64,000 bases of DNA, taken from Deferribacterales bacterium (GTDB taxonomy: Bacteria; Chrysiogenota; Deferribacteres; Deferribacterales; Geovibrionaceae). Position 1 is the stretch's first letter, and each line of letters begins with the position of its first letter. A program made the translations under genes and the position numbers. Location of the stretch: assembly GCA_050253075.1 (NCBI GenBank), contig JBFWJS010000003.1:245458-309457 (forward strand), written 5' to 3'. Below the pieces are notes generated by a model. That model was not told the origin of the DNA and did no database searches. It saw nothing but the letters and a program-made list of their open reading frames with translations. Positions 10,358 through 20,841 of this stretch are shown here, one piece after another.

Positions 10358-11978
10358 CTCTTTCAACCCCCTTATAATTGTAAGGGCCTTTTGAGGTGTC
10401 AGGCTCTTTGTCAAAGTTTAAAAGAGGCGGAGGCGAAGGGATGAACCACTCGAGGGTTGCACCGCCCCAAGGGTTTCTTCCGCATTTTGGTCCGCTCTTT
10501 ATGCCTCTGTAGAGGTTATAGAACATAAGGATGATGCCCACCGCCAGTATCCACGAGCCTATGGTGGAGATAAGGTGTCCGTTGGTGTACTGAGGGAGAT
10601 AGTCATAATATCTCCTCGGCATACCCTGAAGCCCGATGATGAAAAGCGGGAAGTACAGCAGGTTGAAGCCTATCATGAGGATTGTCCATGCTGTTGTCGC
10701 TACGTTCTTGTTATACATACGTCCGTATATCTTCGGAAACCAGAAGTGCATAGCACCGAAAAGCCCGAAGCCTGTACCGCCGAATATCACATAGTGGAAG
10801 TGGCTGACTACGAAGTATGTGTCGTGTACGTGTACGTCTGTACCGGCAGAGCCGAGTACCAGACCTGTGAGACCGCCTATGGAAAAGAGGAATATGAATC
10901 CCAGTGCGTAGAGCAGAGGCGGCTCGATGAATATAGAGCCTTTATAAAGCGTCGCCACCCAGTTAAAGACCTTTATGGCCGAAGGTATGGCAACGATGAA
11001 TGTCAGCAGGGAGAAAATCATGACCGCAGTGTCGCTCATGCCCGATGTGAACATGTGGTGAGCCCATACGAGAGAGCCAGCAAATGCTATCATCAGGGAT
11101 GAAAATGCGATGGCCTTGTATCCGAAGATAGGCTTACGTGCGAATACGGGGATGATCTCGCTCACAACACCCATAGCGGGCAGAACCATGATGTAAACCG
11201 CTGGGTGGGAGTATATCCAGAAAAGGTGCTGGTAAAGGATAGGGTCGCCCCCCTTCGCAGGGTCAAAGAGACCGACACCGAGGATACGCTCTGCCATGAT
11301 CAGCAGCACCGTGATACCGAGTACGGGAGTAGCCAGAACCTGTATCCACCCGGTAGCATAAAGCGACCATGTGAAAAGGGACAGCTTCTTCCATCCGAGC
11401 CCGGGGGCACGCAGACGGTGGATCGTGGTGATAAAGTTCAGACCTGTAAGGATGGATGAGAATCCAAGTATAAAAACGGCAAACACGGCAGTGTTTACGT
11501 TTGTAGTGGTGAACTCGCTGAAAGGCACATAGAATGTCCATCCCGTATCAGGAGGTCCGTCGCCTGTGAAAAGCGAAAGTATCGCCAGCAGAGTACCGAT
11601 AACATACAGCCACCATGAGAGCAGGTTAAGCCGTGGGAAAGCCACATCCTCCGCACCAAGCTGTATAGGCATGATGATGTTTCCGAATGCCGCAGGAATG
11701 CTCGGTATCACCACGATGAAGATCATGATAACCCCGTGCAGTGTGAATACGGCATTATAGGTCTGTGCGTCCATTATTGTCCTGCCCGGAGCGATGAGCT
11801 CCAGCCTGATGGCGAGCCCGAGGCACAGGCCGATAATAAACATTCCGAGCACCATATAAAGATACATAAGTCCGATGCGCTTATGGTCTGTGGACAGTAT
11901 CCAGCTTAGGATACCTTTTCTGTTACTGCCCGAATCTTCAAAGAATGTCGGAAGTGGGGAATTCGTTCCGTTTTGCAT
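10350..11978 (-). CDS. coxA: cytochrome c oxidase subunit I, A2 family
   Basis: STDHKRIG, HGVIMIF, YSHPAVY (A2-type YS motif), VWAHHMF, HDTYFVVSHFHY, GMPRRY. Confidence 0.96.
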   Translation of the reverse strand: MQNGTNSPLPTFFEDSGSNRKGILSWILSTDHKRIGLMYLYMVLGMFIIGLCLGLAIRLELIAPGRTIMDAQTYNAVFTLHGVIMIFIVVIPSIPAAFGNIIMPIQLGAEDVAFPRLNLLSWWLYVIGTLLAILSLFTGDGPPDTGWTFYVPFSEFTTTNVNTAVFAVFILGFSSILTGLNFITTIHRLRAPGLGWKKLSLFTWSLYATGWIQVLATPVLGITVLLIMAERILGVGLFDPAKGGDPILYQHLFWIYSHPAVYIMVLPAMGVVSEIIPVFARKPIFGYKAIAFSSLMIAFAGSLVWAHHMFTSGMSDTAVMIFSLLTFIVAIPSAIKVFNWVATLYKGSIFIEPPLLYALGFIFLFSIGGLTGLVLGSAGTDVHVHDTYFVVSHFHYVIFGGTGFGLFGAMHFWFPKIYGRMYNKNVATTAWTILMIGFNLLYFPLFIIGLQGMPRRYYDYLPQYTNGHLISTIGSWILAVGIILMFYNLYRGIKSGPKCGRNPWGGATLEWFIPSPPPLLNFDKEPDTSKGPYNYKGVERDE

Positions 11979-11990
11979 AATTGAACCCCG

Positions 11991-12914
11991 TTATTTTCTT
12001 TTTTTGCCGCCGAAAAATAAAAATCCGGCAAATATAAAAAGGACAGTCAGGACAACGAATCCTGAAACCTTCATTACATTAAATACATACTTCTTGCCCT
12101 CAGGGTCGTAGTTGAAACAGTATGCGACGAGCTTTTTAACGCTCAGTCCTGTCTGTTCCTTACCTGCTTCCACTGCGGCCATTGTCAGCTCAAACGGTAG
12201 AATGTCCGTGCCGTAGAGGTATCTGACGATCTTGCCAGTGGGGGATACCGCCATGACGGCCACAGGGTGAGCGAAGTCTTTGCCCCTGCGTAGGAAGCGG
12301 AAGCCGACGGACTCAGTGAATTTGAGGATATTCTCTCTATCGCCCGATAAAAAGAGCCATGCCTCTGGAGGGATCTTGCCGTCTGCGGCTTTCATATAGT
12401 TGACCTTTTTCTTCGCTGCTATTTCAGGAGTATCGTTCTCGTCGAAACTGATAGATACCACCTGAAAGTCTTTCCCCGGTGTCAGTTTTACCTGTGGGAC
12501 GACATCGGCGAGGCTGGTCTGCAGAAAGTTGCACACATTCGGACAGTCGTAATAAACAGGCGCGAAAATGGTCGGCTTATTTATGATGTCAGAGAGCTTT
12601 ATGGTCTCTCCTGTGGATGTAGTGAAAACTGCATCCTGATCGACATATTCACCGAGCTTTTCTGTTACGCCTATTTTGGTCTGTTCCTCTACCGTGGCTT
12701 CTTTATGTACGTGCTCAGGCGAATCCATATCCATGTCTTCGTGGTCTGCATGCTCGTCCATTTCCTCGGCTTTTACCATGTCTTGACTGCCGTGGTCAGA
12801 CATCTCGGCCTTATCGCCGTGCCCCGTATGCTCAGTTTCGTTCATGGCATAGGCTGGGAGGTACAGCGATATTGTCAGTAATAAAACTGCTAAAAAGATA
12901 ATCTTATTTCGCAT
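11991..12914 (-). CDS. SCO family copper chaperone with His/Met-rich N-terminal extension
   Basis: CPNVC copper motif, conserved His (FAHP), signal peptide, C-terminal TM. Confidence 0.88.
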   Translation of the reverse strand: MRNKIIFLAVLLLTISLYLPAYAMNETEHTGHGDKAEMSDHGSQDMVKAEEMDEHADHEDMDMDSPEHVHKEATVEEQTKIGVTEKLGEYVDQDAVFTTSTGETIKLSDIINKPTIFAPVYYDCPNVCNFLQTSLADVVPQVKLTPGKDFQVVSISFDENDTPEIAAKKKVNYMKAADGKIPPEAWLFLSGDRENILKFTESVGFRFLRRGKDFAHPVAVMAVSPTGKIVRYLYGTDILPFELTMAAVEAGKEQTGLSVKKLVAYCFNYDPEGKKYVFNVMKVSGFVVLTVLFIFAGFLFFGGKKRK

Positions 12915-12921
12915 AAGCAAA

Positions 12922-13227
12922 TTAGAATTTAGAGATATATTCGGCTACTGCTTTTATCTCGGCTTCAGACAATCTCTTTGCCTGACCTGCCATGATAGCC
13001 TTTTTCTCTCCGCCGTATGTGCCGTCAGCGTAGCCTTTCAGCTTTTTCTCAAGGTCCGCTGCGGACTGGCCTTTAACCACTGCAGAGGCGATCTTCATAG
13101 CTGCTGTTGATCCGTCAGCGCCGTGGCAGCCTTTGCATTTGGCATAGATTGATGCTCCGTCTGCCGAAGCGATGGCAAACATTGCGATGGACAGGATGAA
13201 AGTCAAAGTTATAACTGTTTTTTTCAT
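12922..13227 (-). CDS. monoheme cytochrome c553-like
   Basis: Signal peptide, CKGCHG, GTYGG...M axial Met; GAGGTG SD. Confidence 0.9.
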   Translation of the reverse strand: MKKTVITLTFILSIAMFAIASADGASIYAKCKGCHGADGSTAAMKIASAVVKGQSAADLEKKLKGYADGTYGGEKKAIMAGQAKRLSEAEIKAVAEYISKF

Positions 13228-13341
13228 AATACACCTCAATAAAAAAACTAATACGTATTACACAAGTATTAACCTCTAAACGTGAACAGTCAACTGAAGT
13301 TATCATGTTGATTGAAACTTGTATCTATTATTTATAGTATT

Positions 13342-13971
13342 TTACATCAAATCCAGTACGGCTGATGTCATCTCAAAACTGTCGTTTTTCAGACCGTGTT
13401 CACCCAGTGCCGATGCGAGGGCGATGAACGCTGTGTCCATAACGCTCTTTTGCATAATATTCATAGGTATCAATATGTTTTCATTCAGTGCAAGCATGGT
13501 CATAGCCTCTTTGCATGCACCTGAATCAGCCGATGTAACAGACCTGCATATGAGCGGACGGACGGGGTATATGTCGCATGCTCCTTTTTCATTAAGAAAT
13601 GCACACGGTTTGTTTGCGAGTATCCTTTCATCTTCTTCGAGATATTTAATGTGTTTTGCTAAAGTTTTCATTTTGAATATCTGTTCGTCGAGCTCGGGGT
13701 CTGCTTTTGTCTTCATAAGAAAGTTTTTTATGATGACGGCCTCAGGCATCAGAACAGACACATTAACCCGACAGCATGTGGAGCATCCTGCCTTGCAGTC
13801 CATATGCTTCAGCTCTGCTTCGGAAACGTTCTTTTCGGCGTAAGCCTCTGCTTTTTCAAAGATTTCCTGCATCATCATGCACAGGTTAAGCTCCGCTTTC
13901 GGGCTGGATAGATAGGATTTGGCGATATTCTTAATCTCTCCGCTAAGTTCTTCAATATTATTTCTAATCAT
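13342..13971 (-). CDS. YkgJ-family cysteine-cluster protein
   Basis: CKAGCSTCC and PCAFL..GACDIYPVRPLICR motifs; start approximate. Confidence 0.85.
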   Translation of the reverse strand: MIRNNIEELSGEIKNIAKSYLSSPKAELNLCMMMQEIFEKAEAYAEKNVSEAELKHMDCKAGCSTCCRVNVSVLMPEAVIIKNFLMKTKADPELDEQIFKMKTLAKHIKYLEEDERILANKPCAFLNEKGACDIYPVRPLICRSVTSADSGACKEAMTMLALNENILIPMNIMQKSVMDTAFIALASALGEHGLKNDSFEMTSAVLDLM

Positions 13972-14058
13972 TTGTATATGTCCTTGTTTAAGGGTAACAA
14001 GGCAGGAGAGGGGTTTCAAGGGAAGATTGATGTTTAAAATATTAACTATAGGTAAATG

Positions 14059-15630
14059 CTATGCGTCTTCATCTTCTTCAAAGTTTTTACTGCATTGAAG
14101 CTGTCTCGGGATGTGCAGGGTGAAAGTAGAGCCCTTGTCCACTTCGGATGTGATGTCCAGCTTTCCGTTGTGTCCTTCTATGATGCGTCTCACTATGGAG
14201 AGACCGAGCCCCGTGCCGGAGAACTGTGCTTTCACGTTTGTTCCTCTGTAGAAGCGTTCGGTGACCTTTGCTATCTCTGCTTCGGGGATGCCTGCGCCTG
14301 TGTCGGAGACATGCAGCTGCTTATGGGTTTCATTGTCTGTGTAGCTTATCTTTATGCTTCCGCCGTGTTTGTTGAATTTTACGGCATTGGATATAAGGTT
14401 TGTCACCACATGCTTGAACGATTCGCCGTCCACGCACAGGAATGACTCGTCAGGGATGTTTATTTCGATACTCAGGTTTTTATCTGCGATGTCTTTCTCG
14501 TGGAGCTGTATCATATCCTCTACCATATTCTTTATCTCCACAGGGATAAAGTGGTAAGGGTGCTGGTTACTTTCGAGTCGGGAGAGGGTGATTATTTCGC
14601 TGAAAAGTGTGTTCAGCAGCTTTGCACTGCGGTTTACTGCATCGAGGGATTTCGTCCTCATCTCCAGATTACAGTCCAGCCCCTGCTGTTTTAAAAGGTC
14701 AGAGTATGCGATTATCTTTGTCAGCGGTGTCCTCAGCTCGTGGGAGAGCGAGTCCAGTATGTCTGTTTTGAATATATTGACGCTTTTCAGCTCTTCGTTT
14801 CTCTCTCTCAGAGCTTCCATTGCGGATGTGTACTGGGATGAAACTTTCCTTAGCTCGGCTTTCAGATGGTCTTCATTTTCAAGGATGCTGTGACGCATCA
14901 CTTCGAATGCTTCTGCAAGCTCCTCTATTTCGTCCCCCGTTTTTACATTGAGCTGATGGGAAAAGTCCCCCTCTTTATATGATGATGCCGCTTTGGTCAG
15001 GTTGTCTATGTTTTTGAGTACGACAGCTTTCAGCAGGAAGACCATAGTGACGACTATCCCGAAGAATGAGAATATCCCCACCATGAAGTAGTTCCGGTTG
15101 TTCTGCTCAATTGCTGCCTCTATCTCCTGCATAGGCAGGGTTATGGATATACCTCCACGGAGGTCTCCCACCTGATACCCCTGATAGTCGTGGCATTCGA
15201 GACACGCTTCATTTACATACAGCGGAGCCATATATCTGTAATAGTTCTGATCCCTCATTCTTACCACTTCGCTGTATTCCCTGTTGTTTGCCGTGCGGAA
15301 TTTATGCATGGCCCTCAGCTCGAAGTCGTCAGGGGCATTATCGGGGTTTATCAGCATGTCGCTGGTGATGTGAAAGCGGAAATCTGTCATTACCTTTGCA
15401 TATTCAGAGAGCTCTTTTGTAGCCACAGCGGGGACGGGGACTATCTCATCCCTGTTTTCGGCGACCCATTGCCTTGTGACCACGAGCATTTTGAAGAGGG
15501 TCTTTGCCTGTGCATGAGCCTGCTGCATGAGAAGCTCTTTCTGGCTGACCCAGAAGAAATTTATACTGGCAAGCACGATGATAATTGTGACAATAGTAAC
15601 GCTTAATATCAGTTTGCCGGTTAGTTTCAT
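14059..15630 (-). CDS. sensor histidine kinase with periplasmic heme-c-binding (DUF3365/Tll0287-like) domain, HAMP, HisKA and HATPase
   Basis: NPDNAPDDFE...YRYMAPL...ACLECH...GDLRGGIS; SHELRTPL; NLISNAVKF; GTGLGL. Confidence 0.92.
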   Translation of the reverse strand: MKLTGKLILSVTIVTIIIVLASINFFWVSQKELLMQQAHAQAKTLFKMLVVTRQWVAENRDEIVPVPAVATKELSEYAKVMTDFRFHITSDMLINPDNAPDDFELRAMHKFRTANNREYSEVVRMRDQNYYRYMAPLYVNEACLECHDYQGYQVGDLRGGISITLPMQEIEAAIEQNNRNYFMVGIFSFFGIVVTMVFLLKAVVLKNIDNLTKAASSYKEGDFSHQLNVKTGDEIEELAEAFEVMRHSILENEDHLKAELRKVSSQYTSAMEALRERNEELKSVNIFKTDILDSLSHELRTPLTKIIAYSDLLKQQGLDCNLEMRTKSLDAVNRSAKLLNTLFSEIITLSRLESNQHPYHFIPVEIKNMVEDMIQLHEKDIADKNLSIEINIPDESFLCVDGESFKHVVTNLISNAVKFNKHGGSIKISYTDNETHKQLHVSDTGAGIPEAEIAKVTERFYRGTNVKAQFSGTGLGLSIVRRIIEGHNGKLDITSEVDKGSTFTLHIPRQLQCSKNFEEDEDA

Positions 15631-16343
15631 TTCTTTATTTTATACCCTACGCCTGAGACAGTTTTAACTATGTCAGGGTTCTTCGGGTTTATCTCTATCT
15701 TCTGGCGCAGGTTTTTGATGTGTACATCAAGGCTGCGTGACCATGAATAGATAGAGTTTTTCCCCCATATATCATTTACTATATTATCTCTGGAGAGAAC
15801 CTGTCCCGCCTTACCTATGAAATAGAGCAGGATGTCGTATTCCTTCGGAGTGAGGTTCAGCTTCTCTTCGTTTACAAAAACCTGCCTGCTGGCTTTATCT
15901 ATCAGCAGGTGATGGAATGTGATGCTCTCTTCCGTGTCGCCGTTTGCGCTTTGGTCGCTCTTTTCCGTACGGCGGAGAATAGCCTTTACCCTTGCTATCA
16001 GCTCTATGTTCTCAAAAGGCTTTGTCATATAGTCGTCAGCGCCGTATTCGAGGCAGACAACTTTATCAGACACATTATCTCTGGCGGAGAGGATGAGTAT
16101 AGGCACGTCCAGCTCGCCTCTGATTATCTTACATATCTGCTGTCCGTTTATATCGGGCAGGTTAAGGTCGAGGATGATCAGGTCAGGCGTCTTTTCCCTC
16201 GCAAGGGCAAGGCCTGTAATGCCGTTCGGTGCTGTGCTCACGTCATAGTTTTCCAGCGATAGGAGCAGCCTCAGCACCTCTAAGATATCCGGATCGTCGT
16301 CGATGACCAGAACTTTCGAGTTCGTATTTATATTCATATTCAT
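15627..16343 (-). CDS. OmpR-family response regulator
   Basis: Receiver domain (DD, DLNLP, GADDYMTKPF) plus winged helix (SRSLDVHIKNLRQK, TVSGVGY); overlaps the kinase start. Confidence 0.93.
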   Translation of the reverse strand: MNMNINTNSKVLVIDDDPDILEVLRLLLSLENYDVSTAPNGITGLALAREKTPDLIILDLNLPDINGQQICKIIRGELDVPILILSARDNVSDKVVCLEYGADDYMTKPFENIELIARVKAILRRTEKSDQSANGDTEESITFHHLLIDKASRQVFVNEEKLNLTPKEYDILLYFIGKAGQVLSRDNIVNDIWGKNSIYSWSRSLDVHIKNLRQKIEINPKNPDIVKTVSGVGYKIKK

Positions 16344-16514
16344 TTGGCAACCTTTAATAAACTCTATTTGTTTTACACCATTATATTAAATTTTTGTCTG
16401 TTAAAAAAGTAAAGATGACTTCTTTACGACATTTACATTTGTGCAACATATTTTACACCTTCTTTTAATTCTTATCTTTATGATTTGCTTTAGTTACATC
16501 AGGAGGTATTCTAA

Positions 16515-18143
16515 ATGAGAAAGTATTCATTTTTGCCGAAAGCAGGACTTTTTCTGATCGCAATGGTGATGATGCTTGTAGCCAGCACAGCAATGGCTGT
16601 GACATACAAAGACATCGAACTCGATGCCGAATCAAAGAAATGTGTTACCTGCCACGAGAAAGAGCGTATCGCTCCTAAGGTTCACGACCAGTATGCTGAA
16701 AGCAAGCATGCTCAGAACGGCGTTGGCTGTCTTGACTGTCACTCTGCCGAAAAAGGAGATTTCGACGCTTTTGCTAAGAACGGCCACCCGGTCGTAGCTT
16801 CCCACCCTACACCGAAAGACTGCGCAAGCTGTCACGAGAAAGAGGTTGAGGAGCACACAAAATCTAAGCACGCTTACCCATTCTGGCTTTACGCTGCAGC
16901 TGACAGAGCTGTATTCGAGCCTATCATCGGTACAAAGCAGGGCTGTGAAGCTTGTCACAACCTTTCAGCTATGTGGCCTGACGGATCAGTCGGTGAGTGC
17001 GATATATGTCACACAAAACACTCTTTCGACGTATCTGTAGCACGTAACCCTAACACATGCGGTGAGTGCCACCTTGGTCCTGACCACCCGCAAAAAGAGA
17101 TCTACTATGAATCTAAGCACGGTAACATCTTCGCTGCTAAAGGCGGAAACTGGGACCTCAGCTATGACTCTTCTGAAGTAGACAGAATCCCAATAGAAGC
17201 ACCTGTATGTTCTACATGTCACATGGACGCAGTTCCCGGAACAAAAGTGAAATCTACTCACAACGTTTCAGAGCGTCTCGCTTGGGAAGCTCAGGCTCCA
17301 TGGTCATACAGAACTATCTGGTTTGAAGAAGAGCTCGGCTCATGGGAGCAGAAAGCAGACCGTATGAAAACAGTATGCTACACATGTCACGCTCCTACAT
17401 TCATAGACGAATACATTCTTGCTTACGACCTCGTAAACCTTCAGTACAACGAGATCCGCAGACAGTTCGTATACTGGACAAAGAAATATGAAGCAGCAGG
17501 ACTCATCAAAGTTCTCAAAGATGAAATAGTAGCAACAGGCGAAACAAAACAGTTCTCTAACACTGTACTCAACGCTTCTTGGTACACAGCTGCATCTGAG
17601 ATCATGTACAACTCATGGCACCACGAAGGTAGAAGATTCCGTATGGGTTCCGCTATGGCTGCTGCAGACTATGTTCAGTGGCACGGTATCTGGGAACTCC
17701 AGCACAACCTTCAGGAAATGATCGCTTGGGGTGCTGAGCACGGTATCGAAGAAGCTAAGAAGATCTACGAGTCTGATTCTCCGGCTAAGTTCTTCACATA
17801 CAAGCTCTACGATATGCCTGGTTCACTCTACGCTGTAGTTACACCTGAGCAGTACTCTGTTCCTGCACTTTACAAAATAGTGCCTGACTACTGGCCAAAA
17901 GTTAAAGCTAACGTTGAAACTGCTTACAAAGCAGGCATGATCACTAAAGCTGCATGGGAACTTTGGCTGAACAGATACAACAACATGGATAAATACATGG
18001 GTACAGAATACCCAGTGCATCCAGTCTACAAAGACTACGATGAAAGAAGAAAGAAAGAGCTCGTTGGTCCTGACTCTGCTCTGTCTAAAGTGATCGGACT
18101 TAAACTCCCATCACCATCACCGGCAGAAGAACTGATCAAGTAA
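16515..18143 (+). CDS. octaheme cytochrome c, hydroxylamine oxidoreductase family (reductive epsilon-Hao-like)
   Basis: Signal peptide; eight CxxCH motifs; CHLGPDHPQKEIYYESKHG; WHHEGRR and DYVQWHG. Confidence 0.85.
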   Translation: MRKYSFLPKAGLFLIAMVMMLVASTAMAVTYKDIELDAESKKCVTCHEKERIAPKVHDQYAESKHAQNGVGCLDCHSAEKGDFDAFAKNGHPVVASHPTPKDCASCHEKEVEEHTKSKHAYPFWLYAAADRAVFEPIIGTKQGCEACHNLSAMWPDGSVGECDICHTKHSFDVSVARNPNTCGECHLGPDHPQKEIYYESKHGNIFAAKGGNWDLSYDSSEVDRIPIEAPVCSTCHMDAVPGTKVKSTHNVSERLAWEAQAPWSYRTIWFEEELGSWEQKADRMKTVCYTCHAPTFIDEYILAYDLVNLQYNEIRRQFVYWTKKYEAAGLIKVLKDEIVATGETKQFSNTVLNASWYTAASEIMYNSWHHEGRRFRMGSAMAAADYVQWHGIWELQHNLQEMIAWGAEHGIEEAKKIYESDSPAKFFTYKLYDMPGSLYAVVTPEQYSVPALYKIVPDYWPKVKANVETAYKAGMITKAAWELWLNRYNNMDKYMGTEYPVHPVYKDYDERRKKELVGPDSALSKVIGLKLPSPSPAEELIK

Positions 18144-18166
18144 GCGAACTTTCGCTAAGATAAATT

Positions 18167-18193
18167 GCGGGGGGCTTAACCGCCCTCCGCTTT
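18167..18193 (+). terminator. intercistronic hairpin or weak terminator after the octaheme gene
   Basis: GCGGGGGGC-ttaacc-GCCCTCCGC followed by TTT. Confidence 0.5.
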
Positions 18194-18221
18194 ATAAAAA
18201 CTCTAAGAAGAGGAGTATGAA

Positions 18222-18746
18222 ATGAAAAAAACACTTATTTTTATAATTTTTATGGTTGCCGTTGCAGGAATAGTAGGCGTTTCCGCTTTTAACAAAAATC
18301 TCGAAGATGTTGTCGGCTATGTCGACGGACAGGCTGTGAAAGCAGCTCAGCTTCAAAACTATGTAAACGAACTTCTCGGTTCAAACTATCAGAAAAAGAT
18401 GGACACGGCAGAAGGACGTCAGGAGCTTTTCAACCACTACGTAAACAGAAAGCTCTTACTTGAATATGCGAAAGAAAACATTGAAACAGAAGACAGCTTT
18501 GTCGTGTCCCATACTATGGGCGAAGTTTCCGAAGAGACAGCACTCATCAGCGCAGTGCTTAAAAAGGAAGTTAACGATAAAGTTCAATATACAGAAGAGG
18601 ATGTCAAAGCTCTTATGGCTGCCGATACCCGATTCACAAACATGCAGGATGCAGAGAGAGAGGTTATCTCACAGAAACGTGTAGAGCTCTTCTATACATT
18701 CATGGAAAAAGTTAAATCGAACCACAAGATAGAACTGGCTGGGTAG
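18222..18746 (+). CDS. exported SurA/PrsA N-terminal-like chaperone lacking a parvulin domain
   Basis: N-terminal TM or signal; VVGYVDGQAV...ELFNHYVNRKLLLEYAK and C-terminal KVKSNHKIE patterns typical of PpiC-type foldase N/C domains. Confidence 0.55.
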   Translation: MKKTLIFIIFMVAVAGIVGVSAFNKNLEDVVGYVDGQAVKAAQLQNYVNELLGSNYQKKMDTAEGRQELFNHYVNRKLLLEYAKENIETEDSFVVSHTMGEVSEETALISAVLKKEVNDKVQYTEEDVKALMAADTRFTNMQDAEREVISQKRVELFYTFMEKVKSNHKIELAG

Positions 18747-18790
18747 AGAAAGCTAGTTTTTTCAGACAATATACTCCTTCTTTTATGTCT

Positions 18791-18827
18791 AAAGGGCAGG
18801 CATCCTTCGGGATGTCTGTCCTTTTTT
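18791..18827 (+). terminator. Rho-independent terminator
   Basis: AAAGGGCAGGCATCC-TTCG-GGATGTCTGTCCTTTTTT. Confidence 0.8.
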
Positions 18828-18865
18828 ATTATCTAAGATAACTGATCAGTTTATTAATATGATAC

Positions 18866-18903
18866 GTCACTCTGATAAAGGCGAAGCCTGACGTGAGAGT
18901 CTC
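18866..18903. repeat. REP-like palindromic repeat (GTCA-family)
   Basis: GTCACTCTGA...GACGTGAGAGTCTC; similar to the copy at 61596-61635. Confidence 0.65.
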
Positions 18904-18978
18904 GGGATGGCGGAGTATCTATAAAAAAAGGCGGACCCTTTAGAGCCCGCCTTGTCAGATATATTTAGGTATATCCGA

Positions 18979-20661
18979 TTACTTGGTCTTAAACTTATCA
19001 ACCAGCAGGTGAAGATCGTCAGCCTGCTGCTGAAGGTCTACGACAGTCTTGGTGATCTCGTGTACGGCAGTAGAGCTCTGCTCTATACCTGCGGAGATGA
19101 CCTGAGCGTTGTCGTTGATGTTGTTGATAGCTGTCACCTGCTCTTCGATAGAGCCTGTGATGATATCGTTTGTGGTGTGGATAGACTGTACAGAGTTAAC
19201 TATCTGCTCGAAGATCTCTTCGGTGGCTTTGATAGTCTCTGCGCCTTCCACAACTTTATTGGTCGCTTCTTTCATATCTTTATTAGCGTTTGTTGTCTCA
19301 TTCTGAAGGCTTACGATGATGGACTCAATCTCTTTCGTAGCTGATTGTGTCCTTTCAGCGAGCTTTCTTACTTCGTCGGCAACAACGGCGAAACCGCGTC
19401 CATGCTCGCCCGCTCTTGCTGCCTCGATGGCTGCGTTAAGTGCGAGGAGGTTTGTCTGGTCTGCGATGTCGTTGATCACGCTGATGATGTTTCCTATCTC
19501 TTCTGATGAAGCAGACAGGCTGTTGATTGTCGTACCGAGTTTCTCAACTTTTGCTTTGATAGCCATAACTTCCTGAACAGAGCTGAGCAGCTTGCCTTTA
19601 CCTTCAGAGGTAAGTCTGTCTGCATTCGCTGTCTGGTCGTTTGCCTCTTTCAGAGCCAGCATAACCTCATTAGAGGAAACACTGATCTGCTCTGTTGCGC
19701 TGGCTACGGAAACAATCTGGGAAGACTGATCCTGCATTGTGACGGAGAGTTCCTCTGTGGCGCTCGCCAGCTCTGTACTGCCTGATGCGACAGACTGAGA
19801 GCTCTCTTTCACTATGGAGATAATGTCGTTCAGTTTATCAATGAAGATGTTGAAGTGCGTAGACATAGCACCGACCTCGTCATTGGAAAGAACAGGCAGA
19901 GACTTCGTAAGGTCGCCTTCACCCTCGGAAACAGCTTTGAGGAAAGTGTTTGCCATTACGATACTCTTTGTCATAAGGCTGCTGAGGAAGTATGCAATAC
20001 CCACAACGCCTACTATGATTATTATAGCTATTATAACGACAGTAGTAACAAGTGCGCTGATCTGCTTATGAAGAACAGCCTCTTTCTCTGCTACTATGTC
20101 CTGAATGTCGTCGATGTAAAAGCCTGTACCGATCATCCATTTCTACTTATCCAGACCGATAGCATAGCTTAGCTTTGCCACGTCAGCGTTTTTAGAAGCC
20201 TTCGGCCAGACGTACTCAACATATCCGCCGCCTTTTTTAGCTTCGTTCACCATCTCTTTGAAGAGAGGCACGCCGTTGCTGTCCTTATAGCCGGACATGT
20301 CTTTACCTATCAGCTCAGGTTTTACCCTGTGAGCCGTGATAATAGCGTTAAAGTCTGTTGCAAATACGTAGCCGTCGTCACCATAGTGAAGAGACATAAG
20401 TATCTTTGCTGCTTCTTTTTTAGCAGCTTCGTCATTTGCATCTGCGTTGTCATAAATGCTTTCAATAGACGAATAGGCCAGGTCGATATAACTCTTCAGC
20501 TCAGTCTTTTTACTTGCGATCATTAAACGTTCAAATGACTCTATCTCATTGTCACCCAACTTAGTAATTTGGAAATAAAAGAAGACAGCCATTATGAGCA
20601 CAGTAAGAATAACTGGTACTGCTGAAAGAAGTATCACTTTGAGTTTGATGCTCATTTGCAT
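18979..20661 (-). pseudogene. methyl-accepting chemotaxis protein (sCache_2-HAMP-MCP) interrupted by one in-frame TAG
   Basis: Two ORFs in the same frame read [14 protein letters not shown]; the stop at 20143-20145 replaces the expected Trp; the C-terminal part has [38 protein letters not shown]. Confidence 0.8.
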
Positions 20662-20841
20662 TACACACCCCGAACGGAAATTGAATTATTGTAATCTCAC
20701 AAAGATTATACACTATATATAAAGAAAGTTAAGGTTATTTTAATAATGTATTTATCTTCATGCTTGTGTTTGTATATATTATTATCTCTTTTACGGATAA
20801 TGCAATGGTTAATAACTTAAATTAAACAAAAAAAAATACAT

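Noticed and set aside
16515..18143. Hao as evidence of ammonia oxidation or anammox
   Set aside because: It has the WHG signature of reductive homologs, and no amo, cytochrome c554 or hzs genes are in the window
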